Of a DNA stretch of 64,000 bases, positions 25,781 through 39,199 are shown piece after piece. Location of the stretch: the NCBI RefSeq assembly GCF_009914755.1, contig NC_060927.1. One strand, 5' to 3'. How positions within the stretch are numbered: position 1 is the first letter of the stretch; each line of letters opens with the position of its first letter. The translations under genes and the position numbers were made by a program. The stretch is from the human T2T-CHM13v2.0 reference genome, Homo sapiens. The notes beneath the pieces were generated by a model that was not told the DNA's origin, did no database searches, and was given only the letters and a program-made list of their open reading frames with translations.

Positions 25781-26131
25781 TAACTAGCATATCAAAGAAC
25801 TACCCAACTCAAACCCCAAAATCAATGTAAAAATTCCATCATATACTGACTAATTTTATTTCAATATTTTAAAAATCTTGGCTTACTTATAGCATTATGG
25901 TTAAAATCCAAGAGTCACAAACTGGTACATGCGAAAGGTTTTTATCCCAAATTTATCACCTAGCTATCCATCATTCCCTTAGCTTGGAGAATCCAGTGTA
26001 ATCAGCATCCAAGGATACTTTACACATAGACAAACAAATACGTATAGAGAGTCTGTGTGTACACTTCCAGTTACATCCACATGCATGTATACACTGACAA
26101 TTATCCTCCTTTTTTCCCATAAGTAGTAGTA

Positions 26132-28534
26132 CAGGTATAGCTTAGAGATATAATAGGTTTGGTTCCATGAGTTTGGATCACTGCAACAAAGCAAATAAAG
26201 AGACTCCTGTGAAGTTTTTGGTTTTCAAGTGCATTTAAAAGTTATGTTTACACTATAATGAAGTCTATTAAGTATGTAAAGTACTATGTCTCAAAAAATA
26301 TATATACCTTATTTAATAATACTGCCAAAAATGCTTGCATTCATCTGAACCTTCAGCAAAACATAATCTTTTTGCTGATAGAGGGTCTTGTCTTGATGTT
26401 GATGGTTGCTGACTGATCAGGGTGGTGGTGGCTGAAGGTTTGATAAGAATAAAGGATAAAGTTTGTTACACCAATTGCCTCTTCCTTTCATTAAATATTT
26501 CTCTGTAGCATGCAATGCCGTTTGGTAGCATTCTGCTCACAGAATTTCTTTCAAATTTGGTTCAAATTTGGAGTCAATCCTCTCAAACCCTGTCACTGCC
26601 TAACCAACTAAACTTACATAATATTCTGAATCTTTTGTGTCATTTCCAAATGTTCACAGCATCTTCAACAGGAGCAGATTCTATTTCTAGAAACCATTTT
26701 CTTTGCTCAACAATAAGAAGCAATGCCTCATCTGTTTAAGTTGTTCATGAGATTGCAGCAATTCAGTCACATCTTCAGCCTCTGCTTTTAATTCTAGTTC
26801 TCTTGCTATTTCCACCACATCTGCAGTTACTTTCTTCACTGAAGTCTTGAACTCCACAAAGTTATCCATAAAAGTTGGAATCAACTGCTTCCAATCTCTT
26901 GCTCACGTTGATATCTTGACCTTTTCTCATGAATCACAAATGTTCTTAATGGGATCTAGAATGGTAAATCCTTTCCAGAATATTTTCAATTTACTTTGCC
27001 CATATCCATTAGTGTAATCACTATCTATAGCAGCTATAGCCTTATGAAATGTATTTCTTTAATAAGACTTGAAGGTCCAAATGACTGCTTGATCCATGGA
27101 CTGCAGAATGTACGTTGCATTAGCAGCAATGAAAACAACATTAATCTCCATTAACATATCTATCAGAGCTCTTGGGTGACCAGGTGCATTGTCAATGAGC
27201 AGTAATACTTTGAAATAAATCTTTTTTTTTTTTTCTGAGAAATAGATCTCAACAGTGGGTTTAAAATATTCAGTAAAACATGCTATAAACAGATGTGCTG
27301 TTATCCAGGTTTTGTTTTTCAATTTATAGAACACAGACAGTAGATTTAACATAATTCTTGAGGGCCCTAGGATTTTCAGAATGGTGAATGAGCATTGGGT
27401 CCACTTAAAGCCGCCAGCTACATTAGTCCCTAACATAAGGTAGCATGTCCTTTGAAGCCTTGAAGCCAGGCATTGATTTCTCCTCTCTAGCTATGAAAGT
27501 CTTAGATGGCATCTTCTTCCAATGCTATATAAGTCTGTTTTATCTACATTGAAAATCTGTTGTTTACTGTAGCCATCTTGATCAACGACATTAGATCTTC
27601 TGAGTCAGCTAGATCCAGATAACTTGCTGTAGCTTCTCCATTAGCCCTTGCTGCTTCCCTTTGCGCTTTTATGTTATGGAGGTGGCATTTTTCCTTAAAT
27701 CTCATGGACCAACATCTGCTAGCCTTAAGCTTTTCTTCTGCAGCTTCCTCACTTTTCTCAGCCTTTATAGAATTGAAGAGTCAGGGCCTCCCTCCGGGTT
27801 ATTACCCTTTGGCTTAAGGAAATGTCATGGCTTATTTGATCTTCTATCCAGACAACTAAAACTTTCTTCATATTAACAAGAAGGCTGTTTCACTTCTTTA
27901 TCATTCCTGTGTTCACTGAAGTAGTACTTTTAATTCCCTTTAAGAACTTTTCATTTACATTTATAACTGGCTAACTGTTTGGTACAAGAGCCCTAGCTTT
28001 CAGGCTATGTGGCCTTTTGGCGTGCTTTGCCTGCTAAGCTTAATCATGTCTAGCTTTTGATTTAAAGTGAGAGATGTGACTGTTCCTTTCACTTGAACAG
28101 TTAAAGGCTATTGTAGGGTTATTAATTGCCCTAATTTCAATATCATTGTATCATAGGGAAAAGGGAGGCCTGAGGAGAGGGAGAGAGATGGGAGAACGGC
28201 AGGTCAGTGGAGCAGTCAGAACACACACAACAGTGCAGTTAAATTCAATGTCTTATATGGGCGCTGTTCATGGTGCCCCAAAACAATTACAAAGTAACAC
28301 GAAAGATCACTGATCACAGGTCACCATAGCAGATATAACAATAATAAAAAAGTTTGAAATATTGCAAGAATTATTAAAATTTGACACAGAGACAGGAAGC
28401 GAGTACACACTGTTGAAAAAAAAATGGTGTCAATAGACTTGCTTGATGCCGGGTTGCCACAAACCTTCAATTTATAAAAAACCCAATAACTGTGAAGCAT
28501 AATAAAGTGAAGCACACACAATAATATATGCCTG
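26132..28534 (-). mobile_element. Full-length Tigger1 (TcMar-Tigger DNA transposon), transposase degraded
   Basis: TIR ends caggtata... / ...tatgcctg with TA flanks on both sides; ~2.4 kb; ORFs ...KVLLLIDNAPGHPRAL...LQSMDQAVI.TFKSY and ...VVEIARELEL.AEDVTELLQSH are Tigger transposase fragments. Confidence 0.93.
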
Positions 28535-29300
28535 TATGGTATACATATTGTTCTGTACTTTGCTTTTTCACTTAAGAACATTTCTTCCTATCAGATTTTT
28601 GTCACTTTAAGTCTTTTGCTGTAATAAAAAAGTCTTGCGCTGATATTCCCATGTATGTTATATTTTTAGTAATAATCCTGAGCAAAGACCTTTGCAAGGT
28701 CAAAGGGTAATTGCATGGAATTTGGATAGATATTGCCAAGTTGCAGCACTGTCCCTGCAATGTATGAGAGTGTCTGTTTCTCTGCATTGGCTATTCTTTA
28801 GCAGTTTGCTCTAAAATTCTTTTGATTTTTACTAATTTAGTATGTCCCTTTCTGCTTCTAAACACCCTAATTATGAGTCATTTAATTCCCATATGTGACT
28901 CTGGGTCTTTTTTTTTGTTTGACTGATGCCAAAATCACTGAAACTTTATAGTAAATGTTTATATTTTAGAGAGCAGGCACCTTGAATGCAATTATCATGT
29001 ATTTACTTTTTGGAAATTTAGTAACAACTGAAAAATTTACATTAAAAACATCACTTTGGCATTTTGTTTAGGATAGCATTGCACTTATAGATGCATTTGG
29101 GAAATGTATCTTCTATATAAAACCCAGTCTCCTTATCAGGAACATGGCATACCTCTCCTTACTCAAGACGTATTTTATTCTGTTCTTAAGTTTATTTGTT
29201 TGTTCATTCAAGTCTTGCACATTTCTTAATTTTGTTTAGTTCACATTTAGCACTTTTATTATTATGTCTATATAAATATGGCTTATAGTTGTGCTAACTA
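28535..29300 (-). mobile_element. Old L1ME-type fragment (host of Tigger1)
   Basis: gtactttgctttttcactta, ggtcaaagggta, gatagatattgccaa, gcaatgtatgagagtgtctgtttctc, gcattgcacttataga. Confidence 0.6.
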
Positions 29301-29739
29301 ATAAACTATCACACTTTTATCTATATACAATGTTTTTGTTTTTCTGAAGCCATCAATTGCCTCATATATACATTTATATATAATATATGTGATTATACAC
29401 AAATAAATATATATATAATATATATTAAAAAATGTATTTTATATGCTAAGATGTCTGCTGGCTAGTTTTCCCACACTCCCTCAATGGCTCTATTAAGCAT
29501 CTCTCAATTGTCCATGTGTTTAAACCTGTCACATATCCTGTCAATTCTATTTTTTTTTTCTGGTGTTATGTCTCCTGGAGCCCTCTGTCTTCCTACTCCA
29601 ATTATACTTGTTGCTCCTAGGTCTGCTGCAAAATCACCACGCTGGGCATTCCCTTCCCAGTTACCCTGGGGATTGCCTTTGCCTCTATACTATTGCATTT
29701 CTTGTCTCCTGTGCTTCATGTCTTCCTCATTCTTGGTTT

Positions 29740-30135
29740 TATCTACCATTTTTGGTGAAGTATAGCCTCTAGAAGCTCTAGAAAGAATTCCAGATCAAAC
29801 ATGTCTCTCTCAAAATGTAAAAGGCAAGTCTCCATTATCTTCCAGATTCTTGCATGTGTCTGCTAAGAAGTTTGAAGTTTTTCTTTTCTATGTGATCTGT
29901 TTTTCTCTCTGGAAGCTTTGAAGATCTTGTTTTTACACCTAATGTTTGGAATTTCCATGACAGAAGTATCTTTTTAAAAATTGCTATGCCAGAAATTCAG
30001 TGGGCTTGCAACTCATGTCTTTTCATTCTAGAAAATATTCTTGTATCACTTCTTTAGGAAATTGTTTCTTACTATCTCCTTTTTTCTTTTTCTGGGACTC
30101 CTACTAATTAGATTTTGGGACTCCTGGAGTGATAA
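29740..30135 (-). mobile_element. Old L1M/HAL1 ORF1-region fragment
   Basis: ctccattatcttcc...tgctaagaagtttga...ctctctggaagctttgaagatctt...gggactcctactaatt. Confidence 0.5.
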
Positions 30136-30339
30136 GATGAATGTAGACTCATTCACCAAATGCTAACCCAGATGAATTGCATTATTAAATTTCAAAGTAC
30201 TCCTTTTATGAAAGACACACAGAAACAGTGTATGCTATAGTCATAAAATGGAATTTGTTAATATCAAGAAGTGGTTAAAACTGGAACTAATGATACGTAT
30301 GTTTTAAGATATTTAAATGTGTGCATGTGATATGCATAA

Positions 30340-30560
30340 TGATTAAACCATCTGTGGAGGCCTATTGACCTGGACTGAGTTTACTTTGCCCCTTAGTACC
30401 TACTTAAACTCTCTAAATAGGTTTCCACATCTATAAAATTGGGAGGATTATGGTACTCATGATATTTAATGGTGATAGTTAAATAAGAAAATGTATTTAA
30501 AGAAGCTTGCACAATGTCTGGCATACAGTAGTTACTCAATAAACATTATTTTTATGTTGT
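30340..30560 (+). mobile_element. MIR SINE
   Basis: gtttccacatctataaaattggg...gtctggcatacagtagttactcaataaacatta. Confidence 0.7.
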
Positions 30561-32361
30561 TACTGATGGAATGGGTTACTAAGGGGAAGTTGAGAATGTT
30601 CAGAATATTTTGCCCATTAGGATTTTACTTCATAGAGAGCTGCCATGTGTTTCTACAAACATCCTGCTGTGACTCTGTATGACATGAACATTGCACAAAA
30701 TGGGCCATTTGTCTGACTTCAGAATAGGCTGCCTAATATTATATTGCGGGAAACCCTTTTTGTTGCCATGCTGATGAATAGCTCAAGAAATTATTTATCA
30801 AGCTATGCGATTTAGTTACCCCAGTCGGATACTCGTTTAATCTGTGAAGAAAGATGGGTAATCAAGGGAAGCAAGAAAGATGAGCCCAAGCAGAAAGAGG
30901 TGGTGATGTCAGAGGAAGAAAAACAAATGTAGAGGGCACCAAAACCAAGAGCAGGCTATTAGAAGAAGGAGAGACCTCAAAAAACCATTGGGTTGAGATG
31001 TTGTTTGAGTAAAAAGTTCTGTTAGTGTGATAAGTGACCTTCCCTGGAATACTCCCAGAAACAGTCCAGTGGGTTAATCTCATTAGAGATATAAATGACA
31101 AGACCATTGGAGATGGAGGCATAAACTCACTAGAATAGTTTTAGCTGTCAAAGCCATTCCATGGTGCAGCTAAAACCAAGAGGGAGACATGTTAGTTTTT
31201 ATGCCTAGGGTTTGTTCACTGAGTAATAGCAGAGGATCTTCAACTCTATTCATATACTTATATATCTGTGTAAGATTCCATGGGTCCCTGGTGCTTTGAC
31301 TGTTGTCTAGTTATCTGATTACCCTGGTTTATCATGCTCTTTCTGAAACAAAGACTAAGAAAAAGGAGAAACACAACCCATGGAATAACATCCTAGTCCT
31401 AATTTAGAGTGATGTGATGTTAACATTAACTCACCTGATCACCCATGAGGCCTCTAAAGTCCTTAGTTTCTCCTAGGGTTTTGTGGCAAAAGCAATGAAG
31501 TGGGACTAGATAGAATTGTTTCCTAGTCATGGTTCTGCCAATTGTTCTGAGGGAAATCTCCTAACTTCTCTAAGACTCCACTTTTCATATCTGTAAAATT
31601 ATTTTATTCCTATAGCTAGATGGTTCTTAAGCCCTTTGGGTCAAGTGCCATTTGAGAATCTGATAAAAGCCACCGATTCTCTCCTTAGATTTATGTATGT
31701 TGCAATATTACAGATTAGCAAGAAGTGACCATACACAGGCAGGCATCCTCTGCAAAGCTAGATTGGATTTCTAACTTATTTTCCCAAAAATACAAAATAT
31801 TTGAGAAATGAGGTGGCCACACAAAGCAGAAGTAGATGCAATCAATCTCAGTGTAGTTTCTCTTGGGCCTAAAGTGCCTGACAGGGGGCTGATGACACTA
31901 TTTGTGCAAATTAGAATCTCACCTGATCCAAGAGGGGGAATTCTTGCTGTGTCACTCTCCCTTATATTCAAGGCTTGTACCTCCATTGATGAGCTTACAC
32001 TAACAGCCTGTGAACTTCCAGTTAAGAAAATTTTTTACAGAAAATTGGTTCTTTATTCTTGAATCAAATGGTATCAGCTCAGCCACAGTCTTATCTAGGG
32101 AAAAAGCAAAATCAGTGCCCTGATTGCTACATCTACTGTTTTAGACTCTCAATAAATAAATTATTTCTCTCCAAACATACACACACCCCCACACCCACAC
32201 CCCCTTCCCCCCAACACACTCACACTACACACTGCACAATTTGGCACATAATTTCAGAGAGTTCAGACACTCCCCCAAATTTATCCCATGCACTCCACAT
32301 TAAGAGTCTCTGATCTGGAGTATCTTTATGATGTTTCTGGCATCTAAAGTGTTATCATCCT

Positions 32362-32671
32362 TTTTTTTTTTTTAGACAAGGTCTTACTCCCATTGCCCAG
32401 GCTGGAGTGCAGTGGTGAACTCATGGCTCACTGCAGCCTCAAACTCCTGGACTCAATCAATCCTCATCCTTAGTCTTAACCTCCTGAGTACCTGTGACTA
32501 TAGGTGTAGGCCACCATGCCCGGCTAATTTTTGGTATTTTTTTTTTTTTTGGAGAGATGGGGTTTCACCCTGTTGCCCAGGTGTGTCTCAAACTCCTGAG
32601 CTCAAGAGATCTGCCTATCTCAGCCTCCCAAAGTACTGGGAGATTACAGGCATGAGCCATAATGCCCAGCT
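32362..32671 (-). mobile_element. AluJ (AluJb-like)
   Basis: Poly(T) head, ctcactgcagcctcaaactcctgg, gagctcaagagatc; approximate TSD aagtgttatcatcct / aaatgttatcattct. Confidence 0.93.
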
Positions 32672-33619
32672 AAATGTTATCATTCTAAGCAAGCTATAAT
32701 ATTTTTCTTATCACCAATATTCCTTCAGACTACAGTGGGAGGATTTGGGGGTGGAATGAGTAACTTTCATCTTTACAGCTTTCAGACCAGCAATACAACT
32801 TTTTCTTTTTAATCTCTTTTTTCTCTCTGTTTTAATGGTAAAGTTGACAGAGTGTTGAAGCTATCTTGAAAAGTTCAGAACAATTTCATCTCTCACTCTT
32901 GTTCACATTAGAGATTATTATGTTCCAGAATCATATTTCTAAAATCCAAGATGAAATATTTTTGGGGAGTCATTCTATATTGACTTCAGCTGTGAATGAA
33001 GTAAAAGTATTGTGGTTTCTATCTCTCCTTAATTTAATCTACCACTTTGTCTTGAGAGAAATGATATATCCTACCTTTTATGTTTCATCTGAAATTTCAT
33101 CTCTGCAAATTCCTATCTAACCAGAAACTGGTTTCATATTCACGGTCATCATTATTATTAATTCATTTAATGCTGTTCAACTAAACATCTTGTGGTGCCC
33201 TTACTGACCTATTTAGCCATTCATTCCAAAAATAATCCATGGGAAGGGATAACATTTACTGAGCATTTACTGTATGCTGGGCACTGTGCTGAGCACTTTG
33301 CAAATACCGTCTCCTTTAATCCTGTTTTGATTGCTTCTTTTCAGGGATCTGGAAGTTACATTCTGCTTTACCATGATTTGAACCAGCAGGTTATAACTGT
33401 TTATGAGAAAGAAATACATTTCATTTCCCTGAAGCCTTGGGGTCACCCTGCTGCGCTACCTCGGTGGTTAGTAAGAAAGTGGAGATAAGGACAAAGGCCA
33501 TGTAGCAGCTGTATGGAAGGGAAAATTGCGGGTTTCTGAGTGGTACCAGGAATTGACTGCTTTAACCTCCAACTGAGGATCTTGGAAAACCTTGGAAGTG
33601 AAGAAGGATAAGGGAAATA

Positions 33620-33751
33620 AAACTTGTGAGTGCCTCCTAAGTATCATGCTTAGTAATATATGCTTTGCTATATTTCATCCTCACTTTACTATGTGAAATT
33701 GGTCTTATTACCTCTATCTTCAGAGAAACATGAGGCTCAGACAAGTCACAT
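33620..33751 (-). mobile_element. MIR fragment (interrupted by MST LTR)
   Basis: ttcatcctcac...ttattacctctatcttcagagaaacatgaggctcag; continues after 34170 (gaagctggggcttgaac). Confidence 0.55.
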
Positions 33752-34168
33752 GGCTATGGTTTGAATATTTGTCCCCTTCAAAATTCATGTTGAAATTTAA
33801 TCTCCAATGTGGTAGTACTGAGAGGTGGGCCTTTAAGAGGCGATTGGGTCATGAAGGCTCTGCCCTCATGAATGGATTAATCCATTCATTAGTTAATGGA
33901 TTAATGGGTTATCATGGGAATAAGATTAGTGGCTTTATAAGAAGGTGAAGAGAGATCTGAGCTAGCACAATCAGCCGCCTTGCTATGTGATGTCCTTTGC
34001 TAACTCGGGAATCTGCAGAGTCCCCACCATGAAGAGGGCCCTCACAAGATGCAGCCCTTTGACTTTGGACTTCTCAGCCTCCATAACTGTAAGAAATAAA
34101 TTCCTTTTCTTTATAAATTACCCAGTTTCAGGTACTCTATTACAAGCAGCAGAAAATGGACCAACATA
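33752..34168 (+). mobile_element. Solo MSTB-family MaLR LTR
   Basis: gctatggtttgaatatttgtccccttcaaaattcatgttgaaattt ... aaattacccagtttcaggtactct...ggaccaacata. Confidence 0.88.
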
Positions 34169-35322
34169 CGTGTGAAGCTGGGGCTTGAACTAGTCCTGTT
34201 CGCCTTAAAAAAAAAAACAAAAAATCCTTTTTCCACTGTTTCGCAATGGAGAGGAAAGAAGAGAAAAAGGCATAGTGGGGAGGGGAATTCTGCATTTACA
34301 AAAGCAACATGAACATCAGAAGTTAAGAGGTTAAGACTGACAGACAGAACCTGATCAGAATTCCTGACTTAGATGCTGGATTGATAAGAGGCTGCGTTAA
34401 CAACCTGATGATAGGAAAAATTAGATGTTGGGAAGCAAATAGAGAAATAAAAAATAATACATATACTCAATTTACAGCTGAAATAATCCTGTTTAAATTG
34501 ATTGTTTTAGACTGTGAGCCACATTCTTTCATAATATATGCTATAAACTATTTTGAGCAGTTGATCTTTTTTTTTTTCATAATTCATGTGAGGTTTTTTT
34601 CTAACTGACCTTAAAAGTTTAATCACATATATCCAAGGGATGATAAAACCTAAGTAAGCCAGTTTCTGAAAATTATTTTGCCCTTTGCAAAAAAAGTCTT
34701 TTTAGGGAGGGAGACTCCTCCTATTATAATTCAGGGTCTTTAAATCAGAGCAATGAGAAATCATCTTAATTAAGGAAAACCCTTAAGTCTTCCCCAACAG
34801 CTGGTTTGCTTGCAAATAGGAAAGACTAAAAATGAATCAGAGAAAAAGGGTTTGCACAATTTCTAAAATAACTTGATATATTTAGAAGTGTGACTCTGTG
34901 TGTGTTTTCTTGTGCAAATCTAGAAAACCAGAGAGCTTGTGTGAGTTTTAACTATGTTGTAATTTTCAGAATCTTCAAGTATCACGTAAAATACACAGCA
35001 TAGTTCTGCAGCTCTGTAATGTTCTGTTATGCTTGGTTGTGAGATTCGTATTGGCATAACAGTGCATGAGAGTAAACATTTAATATTTTAAATTTATAAA
35101 ATGCAGTTGCTGTATGTACAAACATATTAAAAAGGTATATGATAGTGTGTTTGATATTTTAGGTATATGATACTTTGTGGCTATTAGTGAGAAACAGTAC
35201 ACCAGAGAAGTGCTATTTTAGACAAGTGTGTGCATCCCTTTTCCTCTCTGTAGCCTGTGATGTTATTTGGAGGTTTGTCCATAGAAAAACAGGTGATGCC
35301 TAATGTTAAAAGCCAAAAAGCA

Positions 35323-35347
35323 GTTACTATGGAAACCAGATGCAAAT
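35323..35347 (+). promoter_or_regulatory. Candidate RFX X-box plus octamer
   Basis: GTTACTATGGAAAC (35323-35336) followed 3 nt later by ATGCAAAT (35340-35347) in apparently unique DNA; motif match only. Confidence 0.4.
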
Positions 35348-36164
35348 TTAGATCTGTGTCCACTTTTTACTGCGTACAGAAAAAAAAAAGCTATAATAGA
35401 GTTAAAAATTATGATTCACATCCATGTCTTCTGAGTCTTAAATGTCTGCCAAATACGGAGATGTTGAGTAAGCTACAACTTCTCAGCCTGAACTTCCAAT
35501 AAAATCTCAAAAATGATAAAATTAGAGAACACTTCAAAATGTTCTTTTTATTTCTTCATTTGCCAAAATTCCCTTTTCTAAATATAGATCTAAAATAACA
35601 GCAAATCTATTTTTGGACTATGTAAAATCTATAAATGTATAGATAAATAATATTTACAATACTAAGTGCTTATTATATATAATTTATAAAATGCTGAAAA
35701 ATAAAATGAAAACAACTCACGCATAGTTCCAAGACACAGAGAAAAGTCTTTTTAATATAATTATTTAATATATTTGAGATCATGCACACATACTATAAAT
35801 ACATGCTGTGTGTTCTGTTGTTTTTTTTTTTCATTTAACGTAACATCACAACATCAGAAGCCAACACATTAAAAATAGTTACTGGATGTAACTTTAATGA
35901 CAGCACAAACATGATTCTATAGATAGACCTTAAAGTACTTCATCTTTCCTGTTTTTTATTGACAAATTAGGAGTTTGAGCTTTTTTGTTATTATATTTTC
36001 ACACTACAATGACTGTCTCTGTGCATAAATGTCACCCACATTTTACATATATGCCTGTAAGTAGAATAGCTGAGTAAGGAATACAAATTTTAGATTAATG
36101 TATGTTCCTTTCTTACATATATATAATATATAGTATTGTATACACATTATATATATAAAGAGAG

Positions 36165-36843
36165 AGAAAAAATTTTTTTTCAGTTACAAAAGACAGAAAA
36201 CCAATTAAAACTGAGGGGATGAGGTAGGAGAAAGTTTTTGGTCCATATAACTCAAATGCCCAAGGATAAGGCCTGACTTTAGGTACGGTTTGACCCAAGG
36301 GTTTAAACAATGTTAATACCAATAATAGCGAACATTTCTTGAACAGTTTCTACATGTCAGGGACTGTTACATACTTTATATAACTAACTCATTTAACTTT
36401 CACAACATTCTATGAAGAAAATACAACTATGATTCCCATTTTACAGCTTTCTCTTGATTTCCTGTTTCTGCTCTCCTCTTTATGGCCTCATTCCCAGGCA
36501 GGTTCTCTCTCTAGCTGCTCCAGATTCATTCCCTCAGACCAAAGTCCACAAAATGACTCTTGCCTCTTTTCCAGTTGCTCAGGCAAAAGTTCCACTATTA
36601 ACTCTGGTCCTGCCTCCTGGATTGGCCTTGACCCCATTCTTGGCCCCATTGCTAGGGGAACATTAGACCCGGATATGTCATTCCTGAGCTAAACTGCTAC
36701 CCACCCCTGGAGCTGGGAATGGAGTTAGCTGCCTCAAAGTACATGACCTCAGAGTAAAGGATGGAATAATTTCCCCAAAGATAAACCAAGTACTGTTTTC
36801 AAAAGCAGAGTAAATGGAAAGCAGATGGCCACTTCCACTACAG
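36165..36843 (-). mobile_element. Old MaLR LTR (MLT1K-like) split by a MIR fragment (~36320-36445)
   Basis: ttcagttacaaaagacagaaaaccaa...tgactttaggtacggtttgacccaagggttt | MIR cccattttacag | ggcctcattcccaggcagg...tttccccaaag...tccactaca. Confidence 0.55.
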
Positions 36844-37426
36844 CAACAAATTCCACTACAATGAGGACTCAGAAATTTTTGGTTGCATTTAGAGAAGAGA
36901 ACAGTGCATCAAGCTACTTGGACGAAAAATATCTTTCTGGTTCAAGTTTCTGAGGATGAGCAATTATTACATTTTCAGATTCACAATGCAGAGGAATAGT
37001 TTTAAATAGTCTGAAAGAACTATTTAGATGCCAGCCACACCTTAAATAAATGTGCTCATTCTACATGCAAGTCTAAATATACATGTAAATGAAGAAATTT
37101 GAAGAAACCCTAGTGGATTCACTCTTTCCAGCTTAAAGCACACTCCATTATTTTCCTAAACATATGGATGTGGTCCAAGAAAATATCTAGATAGAAGTCA
37201 TTTTTCCCAACAATATGACAAAATATATGATTTCTTTGCTGCTTCGTCAGTGATTGGAGTGTGATATAGACTGTAACTTTCTACAGTTAGAAAATCAGCC
37301 ATGAGAACAGTGGCTTCAGTGTCTGATTACATTCACCAAGTATGTCTGTTTATTAATCTTGATGTTGTTTGCTATGTAATGGAGGTAATGCAGATAGGGA
37401 AAAAAAAATGTCTGAGCTGTGCATGG

Positions 37427-37456
37427 ATTGCTATGGAAACAGCAGCTGACCAATCA
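37427..37456 (+). promoter_or_regulatory. Candidate RFX X-box / E-box / CCAAT (NF-Y) module
   Basis: ATTGCTATGGAAAC (37427-37440), CAGCTG (37443-37448), GACCAATCA (37448-37456); motif match only. Confidence 0.4.
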
Positions 37457-39199
37457 ATGGAGAGTAGTCAGAACATATGCCTCCTCTCCTCTGCAGTCCT
37501 GATGAATTGATGTCCTGCTATTGCAATCCTTTTGGCTCTGTTGTCACTTGTAGCAATAGTTTTTTGACATCTAAATATATGACGCACACCTGTTATTTAA
37601 AAATCAGAGGTATAAATGATTAGTCTTAAAATATTCAATCTCTCTGTACAAACACGCTCACAGTCAGTTATTTCTCCCTCCAAAGTATTTTCTAAATTTC
37701 TTGTGCATCCATCCCTCCTAATCCTTTTACTTGCCATTTCCTCACACCATCCTGCTCACTTGCCTTCCCTCCCTTTTGCTATCCCAAACCTCCTTAGTCT
37801 ATTAGCAGGTAGCATTTTCTTCAACATGGAGAAATATAAATCAACATGAGTCAATTTAAAACTTTGTCCAATTTTAGAGTTAATTTTTTTTAAAGTAGTT
37901 GAAAAACATATTCAGAACTACAAGAGGGTTCAACCACCAGACACATGAGAAAGACCATTTCACATTTCTCTGTTAAGTCCAGGAAATATAAACAGATCTG
38001 TTTCTCAGGAAAGCTCAAGAAAAATGTGAAGAAAGAAAATAGAGCCATTAGAAGCATAGTCTAAGTTTAAAAATGAATAAATTACATTTGACAATAATCT
38101 GCCAATTGTGAGACTAGTCACATTGATTAGAAAAGGTTGTTGTAGATTTCTCTGGGGTAGTGAACCCTTGATCTACATAAAACTTGTGTCTCTTTTGGCC
38201 TTAAATAATTGGGAGAGTGGAGAGAGGGGGAGATAATGTTATCTACAATAGCTTCAGTGAGCACGAAGGGGTGTGTGTCATGATGATAAAGACAAAATAG
38301 GGCCCTCTGGTCTTTGCTATTGTCGTTGCATAAAAAGATTTAAAGGACTGACTTGCATTGAGCAGATTGAACAATAAATAATGGCTGCTGACATTTAAAC
38401 CTATCTCCAGATCACACAGTAAATCTGTGGGGATGATTGCGCACAAGTCCTAGAATCATTTAATATTCAGCTGATTCACTGGTAGAACAATGGGCTGATT
38501 TGATGATATAGTGATGTTCTTATTATCTGGGCTCACTGAAGAAATAAGCTTTCTTAAAAACAATTCTTTTTGTGTATACACTGAGGCTTTAAAGAAAAGG
38601 CCAATATTCATCTCCATGCCTTTTTCGGGAATTATTCTGGGAGCTTGGTATCATCAGTAAAGAATGAAAGATTTCCTGACTTCATGGAGTGTACATTCTA
38701 GCAGAGGAAGCAAGCAATAGAAATAAATGGATTAAACAAATTCATTTGATAGTATGCTGGAAAGTAAATGTTCTTGTTAAGGTGGCCAGTAGCATCTTAA
38801 TTACTAACACCTTACCTTTATTGGTTTCCTCCTAGCATTTGGTATTGTTGAATCTATTCTTATTTTATCTTTCATCTCATAGATGGGCAAATGTTTTGGG
38901 AGTACTTACTAAACTCCAGGCATTATGCTAGGTGCTGGAGATCCAGCAGAGCATGTGGCATGTTGTAGCCACCCCCTTATCGTCTATCGGTCCTCTCTCT
39001 TTTCTCAAGCCACTGATGGCCTCCTCTCCCTCTTTAGCAAGCCCCTTCTTTTCTGTCTGCTCCATAATTATTAGGATTTTCCTTCTATATTTTGTCCACA
39101 CTCCTCTTAGATCCACATGCTTTATTTGTGATCTCACTGACTTTCTGAGCCTCTAACTGCCATTAATGCACTGATGACTCTATCGCTCCATCATATCAC

